Shown: positions 18,152-27,884, counted from the first letter of the stretch. The stretch is DNA of 64,000 nt from a bacterium (GCA_030649835.1 JAUSES010000013.1:9317-73316), one strand, 5' to 3'. The notes: generated from the letters alone by a model not told the origin. Translations and numbers: made by a program.

Positions 18152-18832
18152 ATGATTTACTTCGATAATGTCTACAAGGTTTATCCTGATGGTACTAAAG
18201 CGCTTGATGGAGTGACGCTTTCGGTGAAGCAGGGTGAATTTGTTTCCATCGTGGGGCACTCAGGCGCGGGCAAGACAACCCTCGTAAAACTTATTTTAGG
18301 AGAAGACCACCCCACCGAGGGGAGTGTTTCTTTTGATTCGGTGAACCTCAGAAAAATAAAGTCAAAGGACGTGCCGAAGCTCCGCCGTCGCATCGGCGTC
18401 ATCTTTCAGGACTTCCGACTTCTTCCCAACAAGACTGCTTACGAAAATGTGGCCTTTGCAATGGAGGTCGCTGGCAAGACTGATGATGAAATAGCATCAG
18501 ATGTACCCCACGTGCTGGAGCTCGTAGACCTTACCAAGAAAATGTGGAACTTTCCGCGCCAGCTTTCTGGGGGGGAGCTTCAGCGCGTAGCGATAGCACG
18601 CGCTATTGTAAACCAGCCCGACCTCATCATTGCCGATGAGCCCACGGGCAACCTTGACCCCATCAACACCTACGAAATCGTGCAGATTTTGAAGAAAATT
18701 AACGACATGGGAACGACGGTTGTTTTAACCACGCACAACAAAGGCGTGGTGGAGGCATTGGGGAAGCGGGTCATTACGATGGATCATGGGAAGATTACTA
18801 GGGACGACTCCACGGGCAAATACGCGTTGTAG
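18152..18832 (+). CDS. ftsE: Cell-division ABC ATPase FtsE.
   Basis: Walker A GHSGAGKTT, ABC signature LSGGELQRVAIARA and Walker B IIADEP. TACAAT lies 11 nt upstream of the ATG. Confidence 0.85.
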   Translation: MIYFDNVYKVYPDGTKALDGVTLSVKQGEFVSIVGHSGAGKTTLVKLILGEDHPTEGSVSFDSVNLRKIKSKDVPKLRRRIGVIFQDFRLLPNKTAYENVAFAMEVAGKTDDEIASDVPHVLELVDLTKKMWNFPRQLSGGELQRVAIARAIVNQPDLIIADEPTGNLDPINTYEIVQILKKINDMGTTVVLTTHNKGVVEALGKRVITMDHGKITRDDSTGKYAL

Positions 18833-18970
18833 GACTGATAAATTTGGCGAATTCCATTGTTAAAATCAGCCGTTTCTTCCTCGGAGTACGTATTAGTACA
18901 CCTCAGTCGAAACGTTGATTTTGCCTCGGACTTCATCCAAATTTATCAATCTCATGGGAATTGGTAGAAC

Positions 18971-19930
18971 TTGCAATTGATATGTTACAATACAGATAAC
19001 AATATGTTCTGGACAGCACTCAAACGAATTATAAAAGCAGGGTTCATCAGTTTTTGGCGAAACGGTAGTGTTTCGTTGTCTGCGGTTTTTGTGATGATTG
19101 TTGCTCTCTTTATGATTGCTTCCACGTTTCTCATTACCGCATTTCTCGGCACAGCACTCAGAGACCTACAGGATAAAATTGATATAAATATATACGTAGA
19201 TTCAAAAGCAACAGAAGCGCAAATAATTAGTCTACAGAAGCAAATTGAAACATTGCCCGAAGTAAAAAAAGTTAACTATACTTCACGAGAGCAAGCACTC
19301 GCAGATTTTCGCCTTCGTCATGAAAATGATCACCGTATCATACAAGCGCTTGACGAGGTAGGGGACAACCCACTTCCCGCCGCCCTAACCGTAAAAGCAA
19401 AAGAACCCTCACAGTACGAAGGCATTGCAACCTTCCTTTCAAATAAATCAGAGCTTTCAGCGGGAGGTGCTTTGTCCATCGTTAGCAAGGTCAATTACAA
19501 TGACAACAAAGTCGCCATCGAGCGCTTGTCAAAGCTCATTATAGGCGTGAAGAAACTCGGAAGTATTATCACCGCAGTGATGATTGGTATTTCTATTTTA
19601 ATTACATTTAATACTATTCGTCTCGCAATTTTTATTGCTCGTGATGAAATAGGGGTGATGCGTCTTGTGGGGGGGAGCAGAGAATACATTCGTGGGCCAT
19701 TTGTGGTGGAAGGGATACTTTATGGACTCGTGTCTGCGTTTATTACGCTGATTATTTTTTACCCGATAACCTATTGGCTCAAAAACACGACGCAGGTTTT
19801 TTACGGCGGTGTTGATCTTCTCCATTACTTTGTCGCAAACTTTGTGCAAATATTTCTTGTTATCATTTTTTCTGGCATAGCACTCGGCGCAGTTTCAAGT
19901 TATTTAGCAGTTAGGAAATATTTAAGATAA
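18971..19930 (+). CDS. ftsX: Cell-division permease-like protein FtsX.
   Basis: One N-terminal TM helix, a large extracytoplasmic loop and three C-terminal TM helices. It lies immediately downstream of ftsE. Confidence 0.75.
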   Translation: MQLICYNTDNNMFWTALKRIIKAGFISFWRNGSVSLSAVFVMIVALFMIASTFLITAFLGTALRDLQDKIDINIYVDSKATEAQIISLQKQIETLPEVKKVNYTSREQALADFRLRHENDHRIIQALDEVGDNPLPAALTVKAKEPSQYEGIATFLSNKSELSAGGALSIVSKVNYNDNKVAIERLSKLIIGVKKLGSIITAVMIGISILITFNTIRLAIFIARDEIGVMRLVGGSREYIRGPFVVEGILYGLVSAFITLIIFYPITYWLKNTTQVFYGGVDLLHYFVANFVQIFLVIIFSGIALGAVSSYLAVRKYLR

Positions 19931-20168
19931 ATAAGGAGTGAAACGACTATAATTACGCAACCCGGTTAAATGATTTCAAATTTAAAATATAATTACGCGA
20001 TATGATAAAATCTTACAACAGCCACAAAAAATCCTCGGCTAATTTAGCAGTGAATTTGAAATCACGCTTTGAGTATGCCCTCAAATCGTATTTAAATGGG
20101 TCATTGTTTTCTAGCGTCCAAGACGCGAACCAGCTGATTCGTCCTCGCTCCTCTCGTCAAGAAAACAT

Positions 20169-21830
20169 ATGAAAACACGCAAGTATATTTTTGTGGTAGG
20201 AGGCGTGATTTCGGGGGTCGGTAAGGGAGTGACGACATCTTCGGTAGGTAAGATTTTACAGTCACACGGATATCGGGTAACAGCAATGAAGATCGATCCG
20301 TATGTAAATATTGATGCAGGCACTATGAACCCTACGGAGCACGGAGAAGTCTTTGTACTCAAGGATGGTGACGAGACGGATCAGGACATGGGTAACTATG
20401 AGCGTTTTTTAGGTCACCCACTTTCTCGCGACAACTACATGACCACCGGGCGCGTGTACTTGTCGGTTATTCAAAAGGAGCGCGCACTCGCGTATAAGGG
20501 TAAGTGTGTGGAGGTCGTTCCACATATTCCCCACGAAGTTATCGATAGGATTAACAATGCATGTGACAAGGCAAATGCAGAGATTGTGATTATCGAAGTT
20601 GGGGGAACGGTAGGAGAATATCAAAACGTCCTCTTCCTTGAGGCCGCACGAATGCTCAAGATTAAAAATCCTGACGACGTGCTTTTTGCTATTGTGAGCT
20701 ATCTTCCTACTCCATCCAAAGTAGGTGAGATGAAAACAAAGCCGACACAGTACGCGGTGAGAACATTAAATGCCGCGGGGATACAGCCGGACTTTATTAT
20801 TGCTCGAAGCGATGTGGCACTCGACAATAAGCGAAAAGAAAAGCTCGCTCTCTTTTGTAGTGTACAGCCAGACGGCGTCATCTCAGCACCTGATGTCGAC
20901 AGCATATATGATATTCCGGGGAATTTTGAAAAAGATAAATTGGGGGAGAAGATTTTAAAGAGGCTGAAGCTCAAGTCTCGTGGGAGAAGTAGTGACTGGA
21001 AGAATTGGGAGGCCTTTGCACGGAAGGCGCACAACGGAAAGGAGGAAGTCCGCATCGCCGTCGTGGGGAAATATTTTGATACCGGAGATTATGTCCTTTC
21101 AGATGCATATCTCTCAATTATTGAAGCACTCAAATACTCGGCAATTGCACAAGGGAAGAAAGCGAAACTTGTGTGGCTGTCGGCTACATCGTTTGAGGGA
21201 AATACAAAAGAAAGCAAGCGTCATCTTGCGGAGCTTAGTTCCTTCGACGGCATTCTCGTACCCGGTGGGTTTGGCGCACGCGGGGTGGAGGGCAAACTGA
21301 GTGTCATCCGCTACGCGCGAGAAAATAGGATTCCTTACTTCGGTATTTGCTACGGTATGCAACTCGCCGTCATTGAATACGCGCGAAATGTTTTAGGGCT
21401 CAAAGATGCAACGACCCGCGAGATTGATCCAAAATCAAAGCACCTTATTATTGATATTATGGAAGGACAAAAAGAAAACATTGAAAAAGGGAACCTTGGT
21501 GGTAGTATGCGTCTCGGTGCGTATGAGGCTGTGCTCAAAAAAGGAAGCATCGCGCGCACGGCGTATGGTCAGGACAAAATAGTAGAACGCCACCGCCACC
21601 GCTTTGAGGTGAACCCTGAGTATGTGGCGACCCTAGAAGAGAATGGACTCATATTTTCTGGAAAGTCACCAAACGGCATGCTTATGGAAATAGCAGAGCT
21701 TCCCAAAAGCGTGCATCCATTTTTTCTCGGCACGCAGTTTCATCCAGAGTTTGAAGCCCGGCCACTTTCCCCACACCCTATTTTCACCGCGTTCATCAAA
21801 TCAGCTGTTACGAGAGGAAAAAAGAAATAA
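20169..21830 (+). CDS. pyrG: CTP synthase.
   Basis: N-terminal synthetase domain (KYIFVVGGVISGVGKG…). C-terminal class-I glutamine amidotransferase domain (GILVPGGFG…, FGICYGMQ). Confidence 0.9.
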   Translation: MKTRKYIFVVGGVISGVGKGVTTSSVGKILQSHGYRVTAMKIDPYVNIDAGTMNPTEHGEVFVLKDGDETDQDMGNYERFLGHPLSRDNYMTTGRVYLSVIQKERALAYKGKCVEVVPHIPHEVIDRINNACDKANAEIVIIEVGGTVGEYQNVLFLEAARMLKIKNPDDVLFAIVSYLPTPSKVGEMKTKPTQYAVRTLNAAGIQPDFIIARSDVALDNKRKEKLALFCSVQPDGVISAPDVDSIYDIPGNFEKDKLGEKILKRLKLKSRGRSSDWKNWEAFARKAHNGKEEVRIAVVGKYFDTGDYVLSDAYLSIIEALKYSAIAQGKKAKLVWLSATSFEGNTKESKRHLAELSSFDGILVPGGFGARGVEGKLSVIRYARENRIPYFGICYGMQLAVIEYARNVLGLKDATTREIDPKSKHLIIDIMEGQKENIEKGNLGGSMRLGAYEAVLKKGSIARTAYGQDKIVERHRHRFEVNPEYVATLEENGLIFSGKSPNGMLMEIAELPKSVHPFFLGTQFHPEFEARPLSPHPIFTAFIKSAVTRGKKK

Positions 21831-21834
21831 TTAC

Positions 21835-21852
21835 AGAGGTCGGACCTCTATA
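21835..21852 (+). terminator. Short hairpin after pyrG (agaggtcggacctct).
   Basis: Read directly. Confidence 0.45.
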
Positions 21853-21866
21853 TTATCTGTAAAATT

Positions 21867-22409
21867 ATGAAAAATAAAATCATTATCTCTATAATTATTA
21901 TCGCACTTGCTTCACTTGCTATCGCGTGGAAATTTATGGACAACAAGCCCGCTGTCGTCGTGACGACTTTTGAGGAATGTGTAGCAAGCGGTGCTCCCGT
22001 GATGGAGAGCTACCCAGCCCAGTGTCGCTCAGGCGGGAAAACATTTGTTGAAAATATTGGTAACGAGCTCGTGAAAGCCAACCTCATTCGCATATCTAGT
22101 CCTCGGCCAAATGAAGCGATCACCAGTCCGCTTGTTGTGCGTGGCGAGGCACGCGGTAACTGGTTTTTTGAGGCGAGCTTTCCGGTAGTGCTTACCAACT
22201 GGGATGGGCTCATTGTTGCGCAGGGTATTGCACAGGCAAAAGGCGAATGGATGACCACAGATTTTGTGCCATTTGAAGCGACGCTCACATTTGTCGTTGA
22301 TAAAAATGTATACAGCACACGAGGGGCACTGATTCTCAAGAAAGACAATCCATCTGGACTTCCCGAACATGACGATGCGCTCGAGATTCCCATAGTGTTC
22401 CAGAAATAG
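21867..22409 (+). CDS. Hypothetical secreted protein (possible Gmad2/GerM-like Ig-fold domain).
   Basis: N-terminal TM MKNKIIISIIIIALASLAIA. The Gmad2 suggestion is weak and made from memory. Confidence 0.35.
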   Translation: MKNKIIISIIIIALASLAIAWKFMDNKPAVVVTTFEECVASGAPVMESYPAQCRSGGKTFVENIGNELVKANLIRISSPRPNEAITSPLVVRGEARGNWFFEASFPVVLTNWDGLIVAQGIAQAKGEWMTTDFVPFEATLTFVVDKNVYSTRGALILKKDNPSGLPEHDDALEIPIVFQK

Positions 22410-22423
22410 TTATGAAAAAACTT

Positions 22424-22900
22424 CAAAACAATTATGCGTTTATAGATAGCCAAAATGTAAATTTGAGTATTCAGTCAATTGGATGAAGACTTGACTTCGC
22501 TCGTTTTCGAATATATCTTGCAGAAAAATATGGTGTCACGAAAGCGTTCCTATTTGTTGGTTATATCGAAGGAAACAATGATCTCTATATCGCGTTGCAA
22601 GGAATGGGGTATCTTTGTGTTTTCAAACCGACACTAACATACAAAGATGGCACAACAAAAGGGAACTGCGACGCAGAACTTGTTTTGCAGGCAATGATCG
22701 AATATGAAAACTATGACGCAACAGTTATTGTTACGGGGGATGGTGATTTCTATTGCCTTGTGAAATATCTATTAGAGAAAAATAAATTAAAAAGAGTTTT
22801 AGTTCCCAATATTTTAAAATACTCTGCACTCCTTAAAAGATTTGGAGGTAAACACCTTAGTTTTATGAATAACTTAAGGACTCTCTTGGAGCGTAAATAA
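22424..22900 (+). pseudogene. NYN/LabA-like domain gene interrupted by an in-frame TGA (at 22484..22486) at a position where Trp is expected.
   Basis: In a single frame the sequence reads MKKLQNNYAFIDSQNVNLSIQSIG*RLDFARFRIYLAEKYG…TGDGDFYCLV. The TGDGDF motif is typical of the NYN domain. TGA is a genuine stop elsewhere in the window. Confidence 0.55.
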
Positions 22901-22945
22901 AAAGTCCCCCGTAGGGACAGAACCCTACGGGGGACTTTTCGTGGT
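22901..22945 (+). terminator. Strong Rho-independent-type terminator hairpin.
   Basis: aaaagtcccccgtaggg acagaa ccctacgggggactttt. Confidence 0.7.
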
Positions 22946-23017
22946 GATTAAGTATAGTCTAGCAATTCTCTTATTTTTGTCAAGCATTAATTTCTTCTAT
23001 ATAATTACATAATAATC

Positions 23018-23905
23018 ATGCCTGATAAATATACAGCAGTCTGGGTGTCGCATTCTTCGATGGGGGACTTTATCAAGTGCCCGCGTTCATATTACCTGCA
23101 CAATATGTACAAGGACCCGAAGACTGGGCACAAGGTGTCGCTTGTCACCCCCCATATGTCACTAGGTATTGCGGTGCACGAGGTGCTCGAGGGGCTCGCG
23201 GAGTTTCCTTCTGAGTCGCGGATGGGCCATGACCTACTTGCAATCTATGAAAAAGAGTGGAAAAAAGTGACCGGCAAGAAAGGCGGATTTTTAAACGATA
23301 CTGAAGAAGCGGAGTTTAAAGCACGTGGCGTAGTGATGCTCAAAAAAGTTGTTGAAGACCCACGTTTTCTCGTAAACAAATGTATCAAGCTTCCACAAGA
23401 CAAAATGCCCTGCAACTTTTATTTGAGTGAGGAGCACAATATTATTTTAAATGGCCTCGTGGATTGGATAGAGTACTTGCCCGAGACCGACTCACTTCAT
23501 CTGGTGGATTTCAAAACAGGAAAAGTAGAGGAAAAAGAAAGCTCGCTTCAGCTTCCAATTTATCTCCTCCTCTGTGATGCGCTTCATAAAAAAAGAAAAG
23601 TCATCAAAGCAAGCTACTGGTATTTGGAGAGCGATAAGCTTGTTGAAAAGAAATTGCCTGACATTGATACTGCGCGCCGTGATGTGCTTGCCGCAGCGGT
23701 AAAGGTAAAGGACGCGCGCGACATTGCAAAAAGAGAAGGTGTAGAAAAAGCATTTGTTTGTCCACAAGGAGTGTATAATCCTCAAACCAAAGAAGGCGGA
23801 TGCATGTCTTGCCGCCCATATGAATTTATTTTGAACAGTGACTCGAGGGTGGAGTTTGTTGGGGTGGGGGGGTTTAGTCAGGATATGTACGTGTTGATAA
23901 GATAA
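23018..23905 (+). CDS. PD-(D/E)XK nuclease of the Cas4/RecB/AddB type with a four-Cys cluster.
   Basis: One N-terminal Cys (IKCPRSY) plus three C-terminal Cys (CPQG…CMSCRPYEF). Motifs DWIEY…VDFKTGK (D/E-K) and QLPIYLL (QhxxY). A TTGTCA-N17-TATAAT promoter is upstream. There is no CRISPR context. Confidence 0.55.
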   Translation: MPDKYTAVWVSHSSMGDFIKCPRSYYLHNMYKDPKTGHKVSLVTPHMSLGIAVHEVLEGLAEFPSESRMGHDLLAIYEKEWKKVTGKKGGFLNDTEEAEFKARGVVMLKKVVEDPRFLVNKCIKLPQDKMPCNFYLSEEHNIILNGLVDWIEYLPETDSLHLVDFKTGKVEEKESSLQLPIYLLLCDALHKKRKVIKASYWYLESDKLVEKKLPDIDTARRDVLAAAVKVKDARDIAKREGVEKAFVCPQGVYNPQTKEGGCMSCRPYEFILNSDSRVEFVGVGGFSQDMYVLIR

Positions 23906-23912
23906 GCCTTTT

Positions 23913-24707
23913 TTGCTAGTATCCATGAATATTGGGAAGGTTACTGAAGGTAGCCAATTTTTTGCGAGATCGTCTAATGGTCAACAAATATGCTATAATT
24001 CTTTTATGCCAAGCAATTGGAATAAAGGAGAGACCAAAACTACAAACCTTTCTGTAAGGAAGATTTCGGATACGATGAGGTTGAGGAAGATTGATAATTT
24101 TAAAATATGGAGAGACGGGATGAAGATGGAGGGGAAGGTTAAGTCAGAGTATCCGCAACTTGAGAAAAACGGAGACCTAGCAGAACTTATTGGTGTTGTT
24201 CTTGGTGATGGGCACATTTGTGTGTACCCTCGATGCGAGGAACTGCGACTGATATCAAATTCAAATAGCCCAGGGTTTATCAAAAGGTATGCAAAAATTA
24301 TGGAGCAGGTATTTAGCAAGAAGCCATATGTCATCTCGAGCGGTCAATCCAACTCTACCAAGATTGGTTTTTATGAAAAATTCATAAGTAAAAGGCTCGG
24401 TGTTCCAACTGGATCACGAAAAGACCTCGAAATTAAGGTCCCCAAATGGATTTCAAAAAATAGGGAATACGTGGTAAGGTATCTTCGTGGTTTATATGAG
24501 GCAGAAGGGAGTTTCTGTGTTCACGAGCCGACATATACCCACAAGTTCCTTTTCGCGAATAGAAACGAGTCGATGCTCAATAATGTTTATGAGTTAATGC
24601 AGGGTCTGGGTTTCCACCCACATAGAAGCAAAGACCAGATTCAAATTTCAAAAAAAGAAGAGGTGTATGGGGCGATGAAAGTATTAGGGTTTAGGGACTA
24701 CAAGTAA
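23913..24707 (+). CDS. Double-motif LAGLIDADG homing endonuclease (free-standing).
   Basis: LAELIGVVLGDGH (motif 1) and YLRGLYEAEGSF (motif 2). The stop lies 5 nt before tRNA-Gln. The real start may be the in-frame Met at 24006. Confidence 0.75.
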   Translation: MLVSMNIGKVTEGSQFFARSSNGQQICYNSFMPSNWNKGETKTTNLSVRKISDTMRLRKIDNFKIWRDGMKMEGKVKSEYPQLEKNGDLAELIGVVLGDGHICVYPRCEELRLISNSNSPGFIKRYAKIMEQVFSKKPYVISSGQSNSTKIGFYEKFISKRLGVPTGSRKDLEIKVPKWISKNREYVVRYLRGLYEAEGSFCVHEPTYTHKFLFANRNESMLNNVYELMQGLGFHPHRSKDQIQISKKEEVYGAMKVLGFRDYK

Positions 24708-24712
24708 ATATT

Positions 24713-24781
24713 GCGGGTTGGTGTAATGGTAGCACGTCGCCCTCTGGAGGCGAAAATTGGGGTTCGAGCCCCTGACCCGCA
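24713..24781 (+). tRNA. tRNA-Gln (anticodon CTG).
   Basis: Acceptor stem gcgggtt/gacccgc. Anticodon stem tcgcc/ggcga with loop cUCUGga. T-loop TTCGAGC. Discriminator A. The exact ends are uncertain by ±2 nt. Confidence 0.7.
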
Positions 24782-24833
24782 GCTAAGTTGAGCTAAGTAT
24801 TGAAGCCCTAGACGCAACAGAATCAACAATATT

Positions 24834-25286
24834 ATGCTAAAAGTAATAGTTAAAGAAACAGACGGTAGAGGTAAAGGTGTTTTTGCAACTGAACAAATTA
24901 AAGCTGGCGAACTCATCTTTGACTGGACAGGAGGGCCTATTTACGAAGCAGAAAATGCTATGGATTTAGAAAAGGATATTCGAGATTACGCAATTCAATT
25001 TGAAGAGCACAAATGGATAGACACAGATGGTCTTGGAAGATTCTTAAATCATTCCTGTTTTCCTAATGCGGGAGTTCGAGGCTTATTCCAAATAATTATC
25101 ACTCGAGATATTAACCCAGGAGAGGAGATATTGTGGGATTACGATATGACAGAAAATAGTAATTGGGTTATGGAGGAGTGCAAATGTGGATCCGAGCGTT
25201 GTCGTAAGTTAATTCATGGGTATAGATTTCTGCCGAACGAGCTAAAGAAAGAGTATCAAAATTACATTTCCGATTGGTTAAAATAG
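24834..25286 (+). CDS. SET-domain protein (putative protein-lysine methyltransferase).
   Basis: Canonical SET motifs NHSCFPNAG and ELIFDW, a Tyr-containing EEILWDYD, and a post-SET Cys cluster CKCGSERCRK. Confidence 0.7.
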   Translation: MLKVIVKETDGRGKGVFATEQIKAGELIFDWTGGPIYEAENAMDLEKDIRDYAIQFEEHKWIDTDGLGRFLNHSCFPNAGVRGLFQIIITRDINPGEEILWDYDMTENSNWVMEECKCGSERCRKLIHGYRFLPNELKKEYQNYISDWLK

Positions 25287-25287
25287 T

Positions 25288-25656
25288 ATGTCCGAGGAGC
25301 TTCTCTTTCCAGTCCAGTTATCTTTTAAGAAAAGCTTGTGGGGTAAAGGGATAGAAAAGCACGAGTCTGGTTTGGTCAGCTCGTGGTACTATATAAATAT
25401 GGAAAAGGAACAAATCATTAGAATTGTAGGGTGGTCCACAGTAGTTCTTGTTATTCCGATACTTGGGCAGTTGTTTGTGGACGGGTGGAATTGGGGAGTG
25501 GGTGATTTTGTCTTTGCTTGGGTATTTTTTAATGTTCTTGGGATCACGTATACATTCGTGAATAACAAAATTACGCATCGGGGAGGTAGAATTGCGGCAA
25601 GTATAATCGTGGTCGCAATTTTTGTGTTTGTTTGGGTTCTCCTCGCTACCGGGTAA
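25288..25656 (+). CDS. Hypothetical small membrane protein.
   Basis: Hydrophobic ORF with three predicted TM helices. Confidence 0.3.
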   Translation: MSEELLFPVQLSFKKSLWGKGIEKHESGLVSSWYYINMEKEQIIRIVGWSTVVLVIPILGQLFVDGWNWGVGDFVFAWVFFNVLGITYTFVNNKITHRGGRIAASIIVVAIFVFVWVLLATG

Positions 25657-25710
25657 AAATTTGCTTGTGTCCCCAGACTCGTAGTTCGTAAAATTTGATA
25701 AAATTATAAT

Positions 25711-25926
25711 ATGTATTTCAAATCAAAAAAGATTTCATTAGTAATTTTGGGCATCACAGCTCTCATATGCTCAAGGATACTGTTTGCATTGTTCAATGAT
25801 CCTGAGGGTCCGAATTTACTGATAGTTACCGTGATGGCCCTCTTCATATATTTTTTGTCCTTAACGGTATATTCATTCGACACCAGAGTCACTGCAATAG
25901 GGGGTCAGGAGTCTTTAATAGAATAG
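25711..25926 (+). CDS. Hypothetical small membrane protein.
   Basis: 71 aa with two TM helices. Confidence 0.3.
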   Translation: MYFKSKKISLVILGITALICSRILFALFNDPEGPNLLIVTVMALFIYFLSLTVYSFDTRVTAIGGQESLIE

Positions 25927-25982
25927 GTGATGGTTCACTAGTTCACACGGCTACTAACTTATGTAGTATACTTTAGCTATTA

Positions 25983-26264
25983 TTGGTTAACCATTATTTT
26001 ATGCTAAATACACACAAAGTTGGGTTAGTGTTCGGGACAGTTTTTGGAGGAGCGCATGTTCTTTGGGCACTATTTGTTCTTCTAGGCTGGGCTCAGCCAA
26101 TTGTTGATTTTGTTTTTTGGGCTCATATGATGGAGTTTCCACCTATGGTGGCGCCATTTGATTTAATAGCATCGGCAGCACTTATCGTTATCGCCTCAAT
26201 CATCGGCTACATCGCGGGATACGTCGCTTCAAGCGTATGGAACAAAATCCACTCAGTAGCGTAG
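25983..26264 (+). CDS. Hypothetical small membrane protein.
   Basis: 93 aa with three TM helices. Confidence 0.3.
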   Translation: MVNHYFMLNTHKVGLVFGTVFGGAHVLWALFVLLGWAQPIVDFVFWAHMMEFPPMVAPFDLIASAALIVIASIIGYIAGYVASSVWNKIHSVA

Positions 26265-26414
26265 TATTGCAGAACATATGAATAAAAAATAGTGAATTCA
26301 CCCGCCCAAACTTTTAGAAAATATTTGTTTTTAAAATATGCTAATAGAAGTACAGTTTAATTATCAAATTAAAGGACCACTTACTTTCTAAAAGTTAGGT
26401 GGGTAAATAAAACA

Positions 26415-26801
26415 ATGCCAACCACAGACGCAGAATGGGAAGAGAAGCTTTCGCCTGAACAATACCGTGTTCTCCGCAAGAAGGGGACAGAAGCACCTTT
26501 TTCAGGAAAGCTTCTTCACACAGATGCGGAAGGTGTGTATCGCTGTGCGGCATGTGATAACCCCCTCTTTTCCTCGGATACAAAGTTTGATTCAGGCACC
26601 GGATGGCCAAGTTTTGATGAGGCACTTCCCGGAGCGGTGCGTCTTGAGACCGACACCACGCTCGGGCTGGAACGCACCGAAACCCTCTGCGCAAAATGTG
26701 GTTCCCACTTGGGGCACCTTTTTAACGACGGGCCTACCAAAACAGGCAAGAGATATTGTATGAACTCGGTGTGTCTCGATCTCGAAGAGAAAAAGAAGTA
26801 A
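26415..26801 (+). CDS. msrB: Peptide-methionine (R)-S-oxide reductase MsrB.
   Basis: Two CxxC zinc motifs (CAACDNPLF…CAKCGSHLGH) and the catalytic RYCMNS. Confidence 0.85.
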   Translation: MPTTDAEWEEKLSPEQYRVLRKKGTEAPFSGKLLHTDAEGVYRCAACDNPLFSSDTKFDSGTGWPSFDEALPGAVRLETDTTLGLERTETLCAKCGSHLGHLFNDGPTKTGKRYCMNSVCLDLEEKKK

Positions 26802-26928
26802 TACAATGAAGAAATACACGGCTTAAGTTACGAAGCCGTGTATTTTTGTTTTTCCCCCTGCACAGAACCAGCAACTCAGGTACCCCCACTAGAAGGTGAA
26901 TACAATTAATTAAATTTACACATAAATT

Positions 26929-27720
26929 ATGAATTCAATATCAGAAAAAGACGTAATCATATTCGATCTCGACGGGACACTTACAGAAGCAAAGACATTG
27001 ATCGACGCCGAGATGGCGCGACTCATCAGTAAGCTCCTTGATACTCATCAAGTGGCAGTGATGAGCGGTGGTTCACATGATCAAATCAAAAAGCAATTTG
27101 TTGCGGGGCTTGAGGTTGCCGACAAGGCACGAGTGGCGCTCGAGAGAATTCACTTGTTTCCAACATGCGGTTCACAATGCTATCAGTTTGAGAAGAGCGA
27201 GTGGTTGGAGCGCTATGCTGAAAGACTGACAGATAGAGAGAAAAAAGAAATTCAAGAAGGATTCGAAAAAGTTTATAAAAAGATTGGGTATAAACATCCA
27301 GATAAGCTTTATGGAGAAGTTGTCGAGGACAGGGGAACACAGATGACTTTTTCTGCCGTAGGACAAAAGGCACCCATTGAAGAAAAACAAAAATGGATTG
27401 ATAAAAATTATGATAAGAGAGAGGAGGTAGCACAGGAACTACAAAAGTTGCTACCCGAGCATGAGGTTCGTACCGCAGGGCTCACATCGATAGACGTAAC
27501 AAGAAAAGGGATAAATAAATATTATGGAGTAAAGAAAGTGGTAGAGCTTCTGTCTGTTCCGATCGAGCGCATGGTGTTTGTGGGGGATATGCTAATGAAG
27601 GGAGGGAATGATGAACCGGTAATTGAGACGGGAATAGATACAGTGGCTGTAACGGGGCCTGAAGATACTAAGGATCTTCTCATGAAGTGGTTACAATCTC
27701 CCCGAGAGAGATCTAGCTGA
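26929..27720 (+). CDS. HAD-superfamily hydrolase (class IIB-like sugar-phosphatase/PMM-like).
   Basis: Motif I IIFDLDGTLTEA and a C-terminal GDMLMKGGND. Confidence 0.55.
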   Translation: MNSISEKDVIIFDLDGTLTEAKTLIDAEMARLISKLLDTHQVAVMSGGSHDQIKKQFVAGLEVADKARVALERIHLFPTCGSQCYQFEKSEWLERYAERLTDREKKEIQEGFEKVYKKIGYKHPDKLYGEVVEDRGTQMTFSAVGQKAPIEEKQKWIDKNYDKREEVAQELQKLLPEHEVRTAGLTSIDVTRKGINKYYGVKKVVELLSVPIERMVFVGDMLMKGGNDEPVIETGIDTVAVTGPEDTKDLLMKWLQSPRERSS

Positions 27721-27884
27721 TTTTGATATGATCCTTTTTCATCGTGTAAAATAATCACAATGATCTTTCAGGAAATAGTGCGGTCTGTCTTTATGTGCTA
27801 AAGCAGACTGACAAAACAAAAGAAAAGTCCCTACACAAACAATACAAATTTTTAAATGAATATTTTAAAAGATACATTGTTAAA

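Noticed and set aside
22484-22486. In-frame TGA as evidence for an alternative genetic code (UGA=Trp/Gly).
   Set aside because: TGA clearly terminates several genes here (6321–6323, 6934–6936, 7621–7623, 11317–11319), with the next gene starting immediately. A canonical RF2 gene is also present. It is treated as a pseudogene or read-through candidate instead.
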